Assembly (NCBI GenBank): GCA_963666425.2
Contig: OY762825.2
Span: 1,344,001 to 1,408,000, forward strand
Length of the DNA stretch: 64,000 nucleotides
Direction: 5' to 3'
Source: Bacillota bacterium
GTDB lineage: Bacteria > Bacillota > JAAYKD01
The translations under genes were made by a program, and so were the position numbers. Positions 29,675-39,838 of the stretch are shown here, one piece after another. Under the pieces are notes generated by a model. It was not told the DNA's origin. It made no database searches and saw only the letters and a program-made list of their open reading frames with translations. How positions within the stretch are numbered: position 1 is the stretch's first letter; each line of letters opens with the position of its first letter.

Positions 29675-30226
29675 TTATGATTGCACTTTCGGCAGGTCAG
29701 TTTTTTGCTGCAGGTTGGCTCTCGCTTCTTCATATCGTCCGCCGAGAACCTCCCCTCTGGGGATCTTTTGATACAAATCGTAATTGGGAACCGCTGCTCT
29801 TTGATAATCTCTATTTTGCAGATTGTGATAATAATACTGCAGGATCAGCTGCAGGTCATTGGCATACTTCGCTGTCTGCATGGCCATCACGCGGGTGAAG
29901 AGCAGTTTCTCCAAAGAAAGCAGATAAAAGTTCGTCAATTCGACCGCACCCTGCCGGTAAAAATCGTAATCGAACAGAGCGATACTGCGCCAGATTTCAA
30001 ACTCCCCGATCACAAAACCCAAATCACCCCATAGATCCTTGCGCTGTTCGGGAAAACGCGCTGCCAGGCTTTGATAATCCCGATCCGTAATCACCAGATC
30101 GGTATCATTGCCTTTCTTGCGCAGTCCATAGTATTCCATGGCGCTGCCGCCGATCAGGATCGGTTTATCCACAAAGCTGAGCTGCAGCTGCGCCAATTTT
30201 TGCCTGGTCTCTTGATCCATGTCCAT
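29675..30226 (-). CDS. Hypothetical protein, nucleotidyltransferase-like N-terminus
   Basis: LIGGSA...NDTDLVI (GG/GS plus DxD); GGAGG RBS. Confidence 0.6.
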   Translation of the reverse strand: MDMDQETRQKLAQLQLSFVDKPILIGGSAMEYYGLRKKGNDTDLVITDRDYQSLAARFPEQRKDLWGDLGFVIGEFEIWRSIALFDYDFYRQGAVELTNFYLLSLEKLLFTRVMAMQTAKYANDLQLILQYYYHNLQNRDYQRAAVPNYDLYQKIPRGEVLGGRYEEARANLQQKTDLPKVQS

Positions 30227-30316
30227 GGTTTTGCCTCCGTCCGACTCCTCATCTTGTCTCTTCTCAGGAACATCCATTCCCTCTTTTGCAGCAAACGAAC
30301 TGAGACGATTTTCCGT

Positions 30317-31414
30317 TTAGCCTTCTGTGACGATCAAATCACGGCGGGCCTGATTGAGAATTTCCGTCTCGCCCTTGTCATTGATCAGCACAATGTTTTC
30401 AATCCGCATGCCATAACGATTGGGGAAGTAAGCACCCGGTTCTATCGAGAAGGCCATGCCGCGTTCCAGACGGCGCGGGTTGCACTGTTTGAGATCGGGG
30501 GCTTCATGCATCATGTAACCAATCCCATGACCAACCCGATTGATCAGTGTCTTGGCGTAGCCCTGTTCATCGAGCACGGTTCTGGCGGCCTGATCCACAT
30601 CCGGGATCCAGGCGTCTTCCACCGCGGCGGCTTGGGCTGCCAATTGTGCTCTGTCAACTAAATCGTAAATTTTACGCTGTTCTTCACTGACGCTGCCAAC
30701 AAAAACCGTCCGCGACATATCAGACTGCATTTCCTGATATTCACAGCCATAATCCAGCACGATCGCGTCACCTATTTCGATGGTTCGCTCGAATTCACTG
30801 TAATGCGGAAAGCTGGAATTAGGTCCGGAGGCCACAATCGCCCACGGCTTTGTCCCGCCGTTTTTTTGCATTTCGGCAAACAAGAAATCGCGGATCTCCG
30901 CTTCTTTTTGACCGGGTTTGATAAAATGAGTCACCGGTTCATAGGCGGCATCGGCAATCGCCGCAGCGCGGCGCAGGCTCTGCTGCTCAGTCGGTGTTTT
31001 TCGGATGCGCAATTCTTCCAATAGCGGTTTGGCGTTTTTAAAGCTGATCTCCATTTGATCAGCAATCTCCAGGATATTAAAAGCCTGTGCCGAAGAGTTC
31101 ACCCCAACAGTGCAGCCCAGCAAGCCCTGCTCAGCCAGGATCGGTTTGATACTGGCCGTCATACCGTCGCCGTCAAACCAGGTGTAAACCGGCATTTCAT
31201 TGTTCATCATTTTACGCATCTGATCGCCATAGAGTAGATTACAAATATAAAACATCGTGCCGTCTTTTTTGAGGAACATCGCCTGGAAACGTTCGCACAT
31301 CATAGGTGTAAAGCCGGTCAGAAATTTCAGTTCCTCCGAAGGGCAAATCAGAACGGCATCCAAGGCACTTGCTTGCAGCATCTCGACCAGTTTGTCCACA
31401 TATTGCTTTCTCAT
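30317..31414 (-). CDS. Aminopeptidase P / Xaa-Pro peptidase (M24B)
   Basis: Creatinase N-domain, SGPNSSFPH, SDMSRT, GHGIG..HE, IEPG, RIEN. Confidence 0.92.
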   Translation of the reverse strand: MRKQYVDKLVEMLQASALDAVLICPSEELKFLTGFTPMMCERFQAMFLKKDGTMFYICNLLYGDQMRKMMNNEMPVYTWFDGDGMTASIKPILAEQGLLGCTVGVNSSAQAFNILEIADQMEISFKNAKPLLEELRIRKTPTEQQSLRRAAAIADAAYEPVTHFIKPGQKEAEIRDFLFAEMQKNGGTKPWAIVASGPNSSFPHYSEFERTIEIGDAIVLDYGCEYQEMQSDMSRTVFVGSVSEEQRKIYDLVDRAQLAAQAAAVEDAWIPDVDQAARTVLDEQGYAKTLINRVGHGIGYMMHEAPDLKQCNPRRLERGMAFSIEPGAYFPNRYGMRIENIVLINDKGETEILNQARRDLIVTEG

Positions 31415-31616
31415 TAGAAAAATCACTCCTTTGCTCATCTGGGTATGCTCCGGCATTTCGCTGCACGAAGCGTTATCATTGCTATTCTAACACAATTTAG
31501 CCTGCATGATAAGTCTTATTCCGGCTGATCCGGCATGAAAATTTGTCAATTCGCTGTTTATCGGAAGTAATCTATGTTATAATTACTTGATCATTAAAAA
31601 ATAGGAGGGCTGCAGA

Positions 31617-32270
31617 ATGGACAGAGAAGCATACATCAGTGAATTAAAGCGAAAGAAAGAAATCAACTATTATGTTGCTCAGGTCAAAGAAGATCCCGCC
31701 TTGCTCCCTTTACTATTCGATCTGATTGATACGGACAAAACGAGTCTGAAATTCGTTTGCGAAAAAGTCATCCGGTCACTCAGCAGCAGCGATCCGATTT
31801 TGCTCTATCCCTATTTTGACCGCATGGCTAAACTGCTTTACAGCGAGAATTCCTTTATTAAGTGGGGGTTCATCCAAAGCTTGCCCGGTCTGATTCGGAT
31901 TGACCAGAACCATAAATGGCCTGCCGTCAGCGCCCGCTATTTTTCTTTGCTGGACTCCTCCGCGGTCGTAACCTATGTTAGCGCTGTTGCGGGTATTCCG
32001 CAGATTGTAGCCGGCTACCCCGAATACGAAAATAAGCTTGTCACGAAACTGCTGCAGATCGATGAACACCTTTTTCTCTTTAAGGGGGAGCCTTCGCCGG
32101 AATGCACCAATGTGGCCAAAGAACAGATCATGGACTGCCTGGAGGCAATTTATCCACACTCTGGCTTGCAAAAGGAAATCCTGCTTTTTGTGCAGGCCAA
32201 TCAGGAAAACAGCCGCAAAAAAGTCGCCGCTAAAGTAAGAAAATTCCTGAAAAAGCACGCAGCCGGTTAA
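31617..32270 (+). CDS. Alpha-helical (HEAT/ARM-like) hypothetical protein
   Basis: AGGAGG RBS; PILLYPYFD...LL.SEN..IKW helical repeat pattern. Confidence 0.7.
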   Translation: MDREAYISELKRKKEINYYVAQVKEDPALLPLLFDLIDTDKTSLKFVCEKVIRSLSSSDPILLYPYFDRMAKLLYSENSFIKWGFIQSLPGLIRIDQNHKWPAVSARYFSLLDSSAVVTYVSAVAGIPQIVAGYPEYENKLVTKLLQIDEHLFLFKGEPSPECTNVAKEQIMDCLEAIYPHSGLQKEILLFVQANQENSRKKVAAKVRKFLKKHAAG

Positions 32271-32347
32271 TTACTGAAGATGTCGTTTTGGTTGACTGTT
32301 CCGCGCCATCAGCGCAGGATGCATAAGCCCTTGGGAGGTAAGCAACA

Positions 32348-33139
32348 ATGGGTGAGAAACTAGGTGCCTTAATCGGGATCGGCAACACAGCGGATGTATT
32401 TGATTTTGGTCCCGGTAAAGTGGCGAAACTTTTCCATGCCGGCTATCCGCTGGCCAGTGTGCGCAAGGAATTCGAAAATTCCAGACTGCTGAACTCTTTG
32501 GATGTTCTGACTCCCAAAAGTCATGAGCTGTTTCAGTTGGAAGATCGAATCGCGATTGTCTACGATAAAATATCCGGCGTCTCCCTGCTGGATCTGATCC
32601 AGCAAACCAGAGATGTGAATCAATATGCGGTCGTTTTAGCGGATATTCATAAGAAAATTCTAAAGACACATCTGCCTTCCGCCGATCCGGCCAAAATGAT
32701 CCTCAAAAGAAATATCGAGCATACCGCCGTCTTAACGGAACAGCAAAAAAACAAACTGTTCGAGATTCTGAAGGTTTTGCCGGAGGATCAGTGCTTTTGT
32801 CACGGCGATTTCCACTTTGGCAATATCCTCTACGCAGAGGGCCAGTACTACCTGATTGATTTTATGAATATCTGTCAGGGTCATCCCTATTATGATATTG
32901 CCAGAACCGTCTACCTGATCGAATTTACCCCGGTGCCGGCAAAAATTCCCGATCCGAATACTTTTCTTCAGCTGAAAAAGCAGGCAGCCGCGATCTATCT
33001 CCAGACGATGGCCATCAGCAGAGTAAACTTGACCCCCTGGCTGACTGTGATTGCCGCCGCCCGCCTGGCTGAACTCAGAAAATCACAAATACAGGAAAAA
33101 GACACTGCCCTGCAGTATTTATCGGCAAACGGAATCTAA
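32348..33139 (+). CDS. APH/choline kinase-like phosphotransferase
   Basis: IGIGNTA, VAKLF, HGDFHFGN, IDF. Confidence 0.88.
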   Translation: MGEKLGALIGIGNTADVFDFGPGKVAKLFHAGYPLASVRKEFENSRLLNSLDVLTPKSHELFQLEDRIAIVYDKISGVSLLDLIQQTRDVNQYAVVLADIHKKILKTHLPSADPAKMILKRNIEHTAVLTEQQKNKLFEILKVLPEDQCFCHGDFHFGNILYAEGQYYLIDFMNICQGHPYYDIARTVYLIEFTPVPAKIPDPNTFLQLKKQAAAIYLQTMAISRVNLTPWLTVIAAARLAELRKSQIQEKDTALQYLSANGI

Positions 33140-33213
33140 ACAAAGCGGATACTTCCCCCGCAGATTAAAAATAGCAGTCTCACTCGAAGCGGTGAAACTG
33201 CTATTTTTTTGCT

Positions 33214-34368
33214 TTATACCACAGAAGGTTCCACGAATAAATTCCCCTTGGCAAAACGATCGATATTCAGCGTATTCAGAATATCCAGGTCGGGATGGTC
33301 AAGCCCTAAAATATGGGCCGCCATCAGACGGCCGGTCATCGGCGCGATCATAAAGCCATGACCGGAAAAACCGAGCGCCATTTCAAAACCTTTTAATTGA
33401 CTGGTGCTGCCTAAGATCGGCGTACGATCAGGCGTCAGGTGATAGAGCCCGGCCCATTGCCGCACCACCCGCAGGTAACGCAGCGGCGGCAGCATGGCGG
33501 TGATCTTATCGGACATATTTTTCAGAAATTCCCAGGTGCTCATGATATCGTGACTGTGCGGTTCGTTAAAATCGCCCAAACCCATAATGAACGACCCTTG
33601 AGGAGACTGCTGGCAATAGGTATTATGATGGAAACTCATCACCATGCAGCTCTGGAAGGCTTCCACCGGCTCCGTAACTAGAATTTGATGCCGTTCGGAG
33701 TAGCTGGGGATCTTCACTCCGGCCATCTCGGCTATCTGATCGGCATAACCGCCGGCGGCGTCCACCACGATATTGGTCGAGATTTCACCCTGATCGGTAA
33801 TAACACCCTTGACCGCTCCGTTTTCTGTTTTAATACCGGTTACGGTAGTAAAGGTATTGATTTCCACCCCTAAACGGCGGGCAGCATCCGCGAAAGCCTG
33901 CGTGACATGAAAAGGATTGCAATGACCGTCCTTTTGATAGAAGGTCGCGCCCATCAGCGGTTCAATGTTCAGATGAGGCACAATCTGCTTGGCTTCCTGG
34001 GGATTGAGAAATTTGGAGGCGATACCCAGACTGTTTTGCAATTTTACATTTTGACGGAACTGCTCTACCTGATGATCGGTATAAGCAACCAGGAGATAGC
34101 CGCCCTGATGGAATTCAATATCTCCGTCATATTCCAGTTCTTCATTCATGTTTTCCAGATCACGGCAGGAACCGGTGGAAAGACGGCAATTCATCTCGGT
34201 ACCCCATTGCTGGCGGACACCGGCGCCGCAGCGTCCGGTTGAGCCGGAAGCCAGATGACTTCTTTCTAAGACGACAACATCTTTACAGCCGTTTTTGGCC
34301 AGATGATAAGCAATGGCGCAGCCGTTGACGCCGCCGCCAATGATGACTACTTCCGCTTTATTCTTCAC
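33214..34368 (-). CDS. FAD-dependent oxidoreductase, DAO/sarcosine oxidase beta family
   Basis: IGGGVNG, SGSTGRCGAG, QWAG, GFSGHGF. Confidence 0.92.
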   Translation of the reverse strand: MKNKAEVVIIGGGVNGCAIAYHLAKNGCKDVVVLERSHLASGSTGRCGAGVRQQWGTEMNCRLSTGSCRDLENMNEELEYDGDIEFHQGGYLLVAYTDHQVEQFRQNVKLQNSLGIASKFLNPQEAKQIVPHLNIEPLMGATFYQKDGHCNPFHVTQAFADAARRLGVEINTFTTVTGIKTENGAVKGVITDQGEISTNIVVDAAGGYADQIAEMAGVKIPSYSERHQILVTEPVEAFQSCMVMSFHHNTYCQQSPQGSFIMGLGDFNEPHSHDIMSTWEFLKNMSDKITAMLPPLRYLRVVRQWAGLYHLTPDRTPILGSTSQLKGFEMALGFSGHGFMIAPMTGRLMAAHILGLDHPDLDILNTLNIDRFAKGNLFVEPSVV

Positions 34369-34666
34369 GGGGTTGTCCCTCCTCGTCAAGCTGCATATCC
34401 GCAATGGCACCGAGGGTGATTCCCCTTAATGGCTGACGGAATGTCGGCAGTTTAATCTCACTGACCGGTTGACCGGTCTTGGCAGCGATCTCCTGCATGA
34501 TCAGCTGACGGCAAGTTCTGCCCTGGCAGGGACCCATGGTTGCCCGGCTTAGGCGTTTCATCTCATCGATGGTCGTAATACCTCTTTCAATCCAGGCATC
34601 GATTTCCGCACGGGTAATATCTTCGCAACGGCAGATGATGGTATCATCGGGTTGAACATTTTTCAT
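34358..34666 (-). CDS. BFD-like (2Fe-2S)-binding protein
   Basis: ICRCED...MGPCQGRTC. Confidence 0.9.
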   Translation of the reverse strand: MKNVQPDDTIICRCEDITRAEIDAWIERGITTIDEMKRLSRATMGPCQGRTCRQLIMQEIAAKTGQPVSEIKLPTFRQPLRGITLGAIADMQLDEEGQPREE

Positions 34667-35160
34667 TATTTGACTGCCTCCTTTTTGCGAAAATTGCGCA
34701 CTTGCATGGCCAGCTGTTTTTCAACTTCCAACCAGACCAAACGGGTGCGGTCCTGCGCTTTGCTGTCCTGCACACGCAGTACCTTCGCATCGCCGAGCGT
34801 GGCGCCATCGCGTCCGAGCGCTGTGACGATTTCATCCACAGCCGGCAGAGGCAGGAATTCGTAAGGCAGTTTGACGACAGCCCGATCCGGTTGGCTGAGA
34901 TCGATCACAAAAATAGCCAATCCCGGACAATTTGCCACACAGACACCGCAGCCGCTGCATTTTTCCCAATGGATCACCGGTAATTCATTGATATCATTGC
35001 CTCGTTCGATCGCACCAAAGGGGCAGCTGGTCGCACAAGGATTGCAGGGGATTTTTTGAAAACACTCTATCATTGCGCAGGGGCCTTTCGCCAAACGTTC
35101 CGCCGGCGGCGTAACCTTGGCTAAATCTTCCGCGGTAGGGATCCCGTTCTCTTGTAACAT
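34666..35160 (-). CDS. 4Fe-4S dicluster protein
   Basis: CFQKIPCNPCATSCP and CSGCGVCVANCP. Confidence 0.9.
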   Translation of the reverse strand: MLQENGIPTAEDLAKVTPPAERLAKGPCAMIECFQKIPCNPCATSCPFGAIERGNDINELPVIHWEKCSGCGVCVANCPGLAIFVIDLSQPDRAVVKLPYEFLPLPAVDEIVTALGRDGATLGDAKVLRVQDSKAQDRTRLVWLEVEKQLAMQVRNFRKKEAVK

Positions 35161-35175
35161 TTGTCTGCCTCCTCT

Positions 35176-36255
35176 CTAGTTCGCCGATAATTTGCTCAAG
35201 CCGGAGCGGATTTTTTCACCCACCGGACCGGAACGCAAATCATTGAGTTGAACTTCAAATTCACTTCTCAGTTTTTCTGCTGCTTCACCGCCGTAACCCA
35301 GGGCAATGGCGGCGTTCAGGCCTGCCAAAGAACCTTCCACCATGGCAGAAGAAGCTTCTTCGATGCCGGCCACATCGCCGGCCAGATAGATGCCTTCCAC
35401 ACTGGTCTGCAGATCTTTGCCGCGCACCGCTGTATGACCGCCCAATTCCGGGATGAATTTCATCTCGCAGCCGCACTGCCAGAGCAGATCGGCAAAGGGA
35501 GTCAAGCCAACCGCCAGACAAATGGCGTCACAGGCAATGGTTTGCTCCGTACCAGCGATCGGCTGCCATTTCTCGTCCAATTGCTGAATCACCGCACCGG
35601 TAACGCTTTCTTTCCCCAAGGCTGTCTGGATGGAATGACGTGTGAGAATGGGAACACCGGCACGACGAATTTTAGCTGCATGCACCAAATAACCGCCGAT
35701 GCGCGGACTGGCATCCAAAATAGCGGCAACTTCCACGCCGGCCTGCATTAACTGATAACTGACAATTAAGCCAATATTACCGGCGCCAACCATCAATACC
35801 CGCTGTGCCGGTTTAACACCATAAACATTCATTAGAGTCTGCACTGCGCCGGCGCCATAAACACCGGGCAGATCATTGTTGGGAAAGGCGAGCATCTTTT
35901 CGCCGGCTCCGGTCGCGATGACCATTTTTTGGGGATGAATCACTTTAAAATGGTCCTGGTCGTCAATGGTGACCGAGCCGTCTTCATAACGTCCCAAGAC
36001 CATGACATTGGTCTTGATTTCTACATTGGGCAGCTGACGCAATTCTTCCTGCAGCATTGCCGCAATATCGATGCCGCGGGTACCGGCATGCTGTTTTTGA
36101 GAACCGAAAAACATATGGGTCTGCTTGACTAATTGGCCGCCCAACAGGTCGTCTCCTTCGAACAGGGTCACTTGTGCACCCAGGCGGCCTGCCTGCAGTG
36201 CGGCACAGAGACCGGCCGGACCGCCGCCCACGATGACTATTTCTTTTCGTACCAT
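35176..36255 (-). CDS. NAD(P)/FAD-dependent oxidoreductase (sarcosine oxidase alpha/HcnB-like)
   Basis: GGGPAG, LGGQL, ATGA, GAGNIG, AGD. Confidence 0.9.
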   Translation of the reverse strand: MVRKEIVIVGGGPAGLCAALQAGRLGAQVTLFEGDDLLGGQLVKQTHMFFGSQKQHAGTRGIDIAAMLQEELRQLPNVEIKTNVMVLGRYEDGSVTIDDQDHFKVIHPQKMVIATGAGEKMLAFPNNDLPGVYGAGAVQTLMNVYGVKPAQRVLMVGAGNIGLIVSYQLMQAGVEVAAILDASPRIGGYLVHAAKIRRAGVPILTRHSIQTALGKESVTGAVIQQLDEKWQPIAGTEQTIACDAICLAVGLTPFADLLWQCGCEMKFIPELGGHTAVRGKDLQTSVEGIYLAGDVAGIEEASSAMVEGSLAGLNAAIALGYGGEAAEKLRSEFEVQLNDLRSGPVGEKIRSGLSKLSAN

Positions 36256-36557
36256 CCCAGGTCTCCTTTCCCTTTCTGACTCGCCACAGTCATACCGTCA
36301 TGCACTTTGGTAATGCATATTTTCACATTGGGTCTGCCGTCAACCACCATCATACAGGATGAGCATTGCCCGATTGCACAGAACAAACCGCGCGGACGGT
36401 GCAGATTGTGACTGTCGCTCAAATGATAAACGTCTGCCGCATGCAAAGCTGCAGCAACCGTTTCTCCCTCATATGCCGGCAAAGGCTGACCATTAAATGT
36501 AATGGTCACTTGCGGGCCGCGGGAGAAATTTAGTATCGGATGTTCCTCAAGACGCAT
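36237..36557 (-). CDS. (2Fe-2S)-binding protein (HcnA/fer2_4-like)
   Basis: GETVAAAL, RPRGLFCAIGQCSSC...C; AGGAGGAGG RBS at ATG 36557. Confidence 0.88.
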   Translation of the reverse strand: MRLEEHPILNFSRGPQVTITFNGQPLPAYEGETVAAALHAADVYHLSDSHNLHRPRGLFCAIGQCSSCMMVVDGRPNVKICITKVHDGMTVASQKGKGDLGWYEKK

Positions 36558-36948
36558 AGACTCCCTCCTCCTACTGTCGGGAAAAGCGATTTTACAAAAA
36601 ATAAACAACAATCGCTTCACTCGGTGAAAAGATTCACTAACTGACATGAAATTCGTGCTTTCCACCGCTGACTCCTCCTAAACAACGGGTCTTTCATTGT
36701 GATGTAAATCGAGATGAAAGAGTACTATTTCAATCTATTTTAGGTGATCAAGCTAAAATACGTCTTAATCTGCACAAAAATGCAAAACCTGCCAAATAAA
36801 AACGGTATTTCGTGGTTGTGCTTTGCGGCTGCAGCCGCAAAGCAGGCTGTGTTTTGAGCAGCTTCGTCAGCAGAGATAATTTCTTTAGAAAACCGCGCTT
36901 GGTTTTGCAGGAATAACCGATTTGTTACACGAATCTGTTCCTTACTTT

Positions 36949-36995
36949 TTACTATATATCGTATGCTTTCTATCTCAAGATACGAAATGTAGTGG
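36949..36995 (+). promoter_or_regulatory. Tandem NrdR boxes
   Basis: TTACTATATATCGTAT (36949) and ATACGAAATGTAGTGG (36980), 31 bp apart, fit acaCwAtATaTwGtgt upstream of nrdG-nrdD. Confidence 0.8.
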
Positions 36996-37034
36996 TTTTT
37001 GGTTAATTTTGCTAAATGAAAGAAGGTAAGCCTC

Positions 37035-37532
37035 TTGCGCATTGCTCAGTCTCCTGACAGCCCGCTGCCGGAATCTTTGGTCGATGGCCCGGGTTTACGT
37101 CTTGTTTTATTTCTTGCAGGCTGTCGGCATGCCTGTCCCGGCTGTCATAATGCCTGGCTGCAGGATTTTCAGGCCGGTCAGGAAGCTGCGATAGAAGCGA
37201 TCTGCCAACGCATTGTCAGTCAATATCAACCGGGTTGGCACGATGGCCTGACTATTTCCGGCGGAGATCCCCTGGAGCAGCCGGCAGAGCTTGCCCGCTT
37301 GCTGCGTCTGCTGAAAGAAAAAATCCCCGCGCTCAATCTCTGGCTTTATACCGGTTATTTATACGAGGAGATTCAGCATTTGGAGGCGCTCAACTATCTG
37401 GATGCGCTGGTGGACGGACCTTTTCTGCAACAGCGGGTCAACGAAGGGCAGCTCTTCCGCGGTTCCGGCAATCAGCGTATTTTTTATTTGCGCCGCGGCA
37501 TACCGATCCATCAAAACGAAAACAGAGAATGA
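37035..37532 (+). CDS. nrdG: Anaerobic ribonucleotide reductase activating enzyme (radical SAM)
   Basis: SLVDGPG, CRHACPGCHN, SGGDP, DGPF, RGSGNQ. Confidence 0.93.
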   Translation: MRIAQSPDSPLPESLVDGPGLRLVLFLAGCRHACPGCHNAWLQDFQAGQEAAIEAICQRIVSQYQPGWHDGLTISGGDPLEQPAELARLLRLLKEKIPALNLWLYTGYLYEEIQHLEALNYLDALVDGPFLQQRVNEGQLFRGSGNQRIFYLRRGIPIHQNENRE

Positions 37533-37548
37533 ACAGGAGGCAGTTTTT

Positions 37549-39753
37549 TTGAAAAAAATTATTAAACGGGACGGCCGTTCTGTCAATTTTAACAGCATTA
37601 AGATTTACGAAGCCATGGAAAAAGCGTTCAAAGCCAGCAACACAGACGCCGATTCTCAGCAACTCTTACTGCTCACCCATCAAATTGTGGAACAATTACC
37701 CGGTGATGAATGTACTGTTGAAGAAGTGCAGGATCTGGTCGAGCAAACGCTGATGCGCAATGCTTATTATGAAGTGGCCAAAACCTATATTATTTACCGC
37801 GAACAGCGTTCCAAAGCCAGAGACCAACGCCATAAACGCAACCGCGTGATCAGCAACATTGTCAAGCTGACGGATCGGGAAAACGCCAATGTCGGCAACG
37901 GGCCCAGTTCTAAACTTTTGCAGCTGGCAGAAGTCATCGGACGTGAATTTATGGAAACCAATCTGACCGATCCGGATGTTTTAGCAGCCATGCGTGAAAA
38001 CATCCTCTATGCGCACGACTACAGTTGGGGACCGATCGGCACCACCACCTGCTGCTTTATTCCTTTGGGCAAATTGCTGAGCAACGGCTTCAATACCGGA
38101 CATGGTTTTATCCGCTCTCCCAAACGCATCAAAGCGGCCGCCGCTTTGGTTGCCATCATTCTGCAATCCGATCAAAACGATCAGCATGGCGGTCAGGCTT
38201 ATGGCTGGTTCGATCGCGATCTGGCGCCTTATGTGGAGAAAGAATACCTTTGGCAGCGGAAAGATTTACACCGGACTCTGACGGAAACGGGTTTTGCCGA
38301 TCAAATGCCTGGGGAAGATACGCTGGCAAGAATCGCTTGGCAGAAAACCGAAGAGGAAACGCTGCAAGCCATGGAAGCCCTGATCCATAACCTGAATACG
38401 ATGCACAGCCGAGCCGGAGCGCAGGTCCCCTTCTGTTCCATCAATATCGGCACCGACATCAGCCGCGGCGGACGCTTGATCATCAAGACCCTGCTGCAAG
38501 CCTATGAAAATGGCTTGGGCAAACACGAACAGCCCATTTTCCCGAATATCCTCTGGAAATTGAAAGCCGGCGTCTCCGTTGATCCGGGCGATCCCAATTA
38601 TGATCTGTTTCAAATGGCCGTGCAGGTATCCTCTACCCGGCTTTTCCCCAGCTTTGTCAATCAGGATGCCAGTTTTAACCGCGATTTTCCGGAAGACGTA
38701 CCAACCATGGGCTGCCGCACCCGCGTCGCTTGGGATGTCAATGCGCCTGCGTTTGAGCAAACCTGCGAAGGCCGCGGCAATCTTTCCTTTACCACTCTGA
38801 TTTTACCCAGTATGGCTTTAAAAGCACGGCATCAGGAAAATCATAGCGAGCTGATCGCTAAGGGTAAACTACTGGCGGAAAATTACAAGATTCCCGCCAA
38901 GAGCCCCGTAGAATACGTCTATTTGGCCTTATTGGATCAATATGTCGCGCTTGCTGTCAAGCAATTGATGGAACGCTTGGCTTATCAGTCTTCCTTCGTC
39001 AAAGAAGACTTCCCCTTCCTGATGAATGGGGTCTGGAAACGCAGCGAAACCATTCCTGCCGGCGGTACAGTCGGTGACGTGCTCCGGCACGGAACCTTAA
39101 GCGTCGGTTTTATCGGTCTGGCCGAAGCGCTGACGGCCATCTCCGGCCAGCATCACGGACAAAGCGAAGCGGCGCAGGAATTGGGCTTAAGCTTGATCCG
39201 CTTTATGCGCACAAAGCTGGATGAAGCAACCGAAGACTATCACTTGAACTTCAGTTTACTGGCTACGCCTGCCGAAGGTCTGGCCGGAAAATCAATCGCC
39301 CGCGATACCGCCATTTACGGTATGCTTGCAGGTATTACCGATAAAGAATGGTATACCAATTCCTTTCACATTCCGGTGGAGTATCCCATTTCAATCTACG
39401 AGAAAATCAGCAAAGAAGGTCCTTACCACAAATACTGCAATGCCGGTCATATCAGCTACATCGAACTGGATTGCAGCCCCAAGGACAATCTGCCTGCCGT
39501 GGAAAAAATCATTCAGGCAATGCGCGAGCAGGACATGGGTTATATGTCGATTAATTTCCCGGTCGACCGCTGCCGCGACTGCCAGTATCAGGGCTACATC
39601 GACGACACTTGCCCCGCCTGTGGCAGCACGAACATCGCGCATATTCGCCGCATCACCGGCTACTTGGCCGATTTGTCCAACTTCAATGCCGGCAAACGTG
39701 CCGAAGAAAAACATCGTATCAAACACAGCCGCTATACACCGAACCCTGATTAA
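37549..39753 (+). CDS. nrdD: Anaerobic ribonucleoside-triphosphate reductase (class III)
   Basis: AGGAGG + TTG 37549; ATP cone (IKRDG), MGCRT, TPAEG, YTNS, CxxC/CxxC, RRITGYL glycyl loop. Confidence 0.96.
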   Translation: MKKIIKRDGRSVNFNSIKIYEAMEKAFKASNTDADSQQLLLLTHQIVEQLPGDECTVEEVQDLVEQTLMRNAYYEVAKTYIIYREQRSKARDQRHKRNRVISNIVKLTDRENANVGNGPSSKLLQLAEVIGREFMETNLTDPDVLAAMRENILYAHDYSWGPIGTTTCCFIPLGKLLSNGFNTGHGFIRSPKRIKAAAALVAIILQSDQNDQHGGQAYGWFDRDLAPYVEKEYLWQRKDLHRTLTETGFADQMPGEDTLARIAWQKTEEETLQAMEALIHNLNTMHSRAGAQVPFCSINIGTDISRGGRLIIKTLLQAYENGLGKHEQPIFPNILWKLKAGVSVDPGDPNYDLFQMAVQVSSTRLFPSFVNQDASFNRDFPEDVPTMGCRTRVAWDVNAPAFEQTCEGRGNLSFTTLILPSMALKARHQENHSELIAKGKLLAENYKIPAKSPVEYVYLALLDQYVALAVKQLMERLAYQSSFVKEDFPFLMNGVWKRSETIPAGGTVGDVLRHGTLSVGFIGLAEALTAISGQHHGQSEAAQELGLSLIRFMRTKLDEATEDYHLNFSLLATPAEGLAGKSIARDTAIYGMLAGITDKEWYTNSFHIPVEYPISIYEKISKEGPYHKYCNAGHISYIELDCSPKDNLPAVEKIIQAMREQDMGYMSINFPVDRCRDCQYQGYIDDTCPACGSTNIAHIRRITGYLADLSNFNAGKRAEEKHRIKHSRYTPNPD

Positions 39754-39838
39754 CAATTAACCATGAAAAAGCCCCGAAGCACAGCTGGTTGGTATGCTCC
39801 CTCTATGAGAGACAGTGAAATAAAAACCACTGTTAAAA

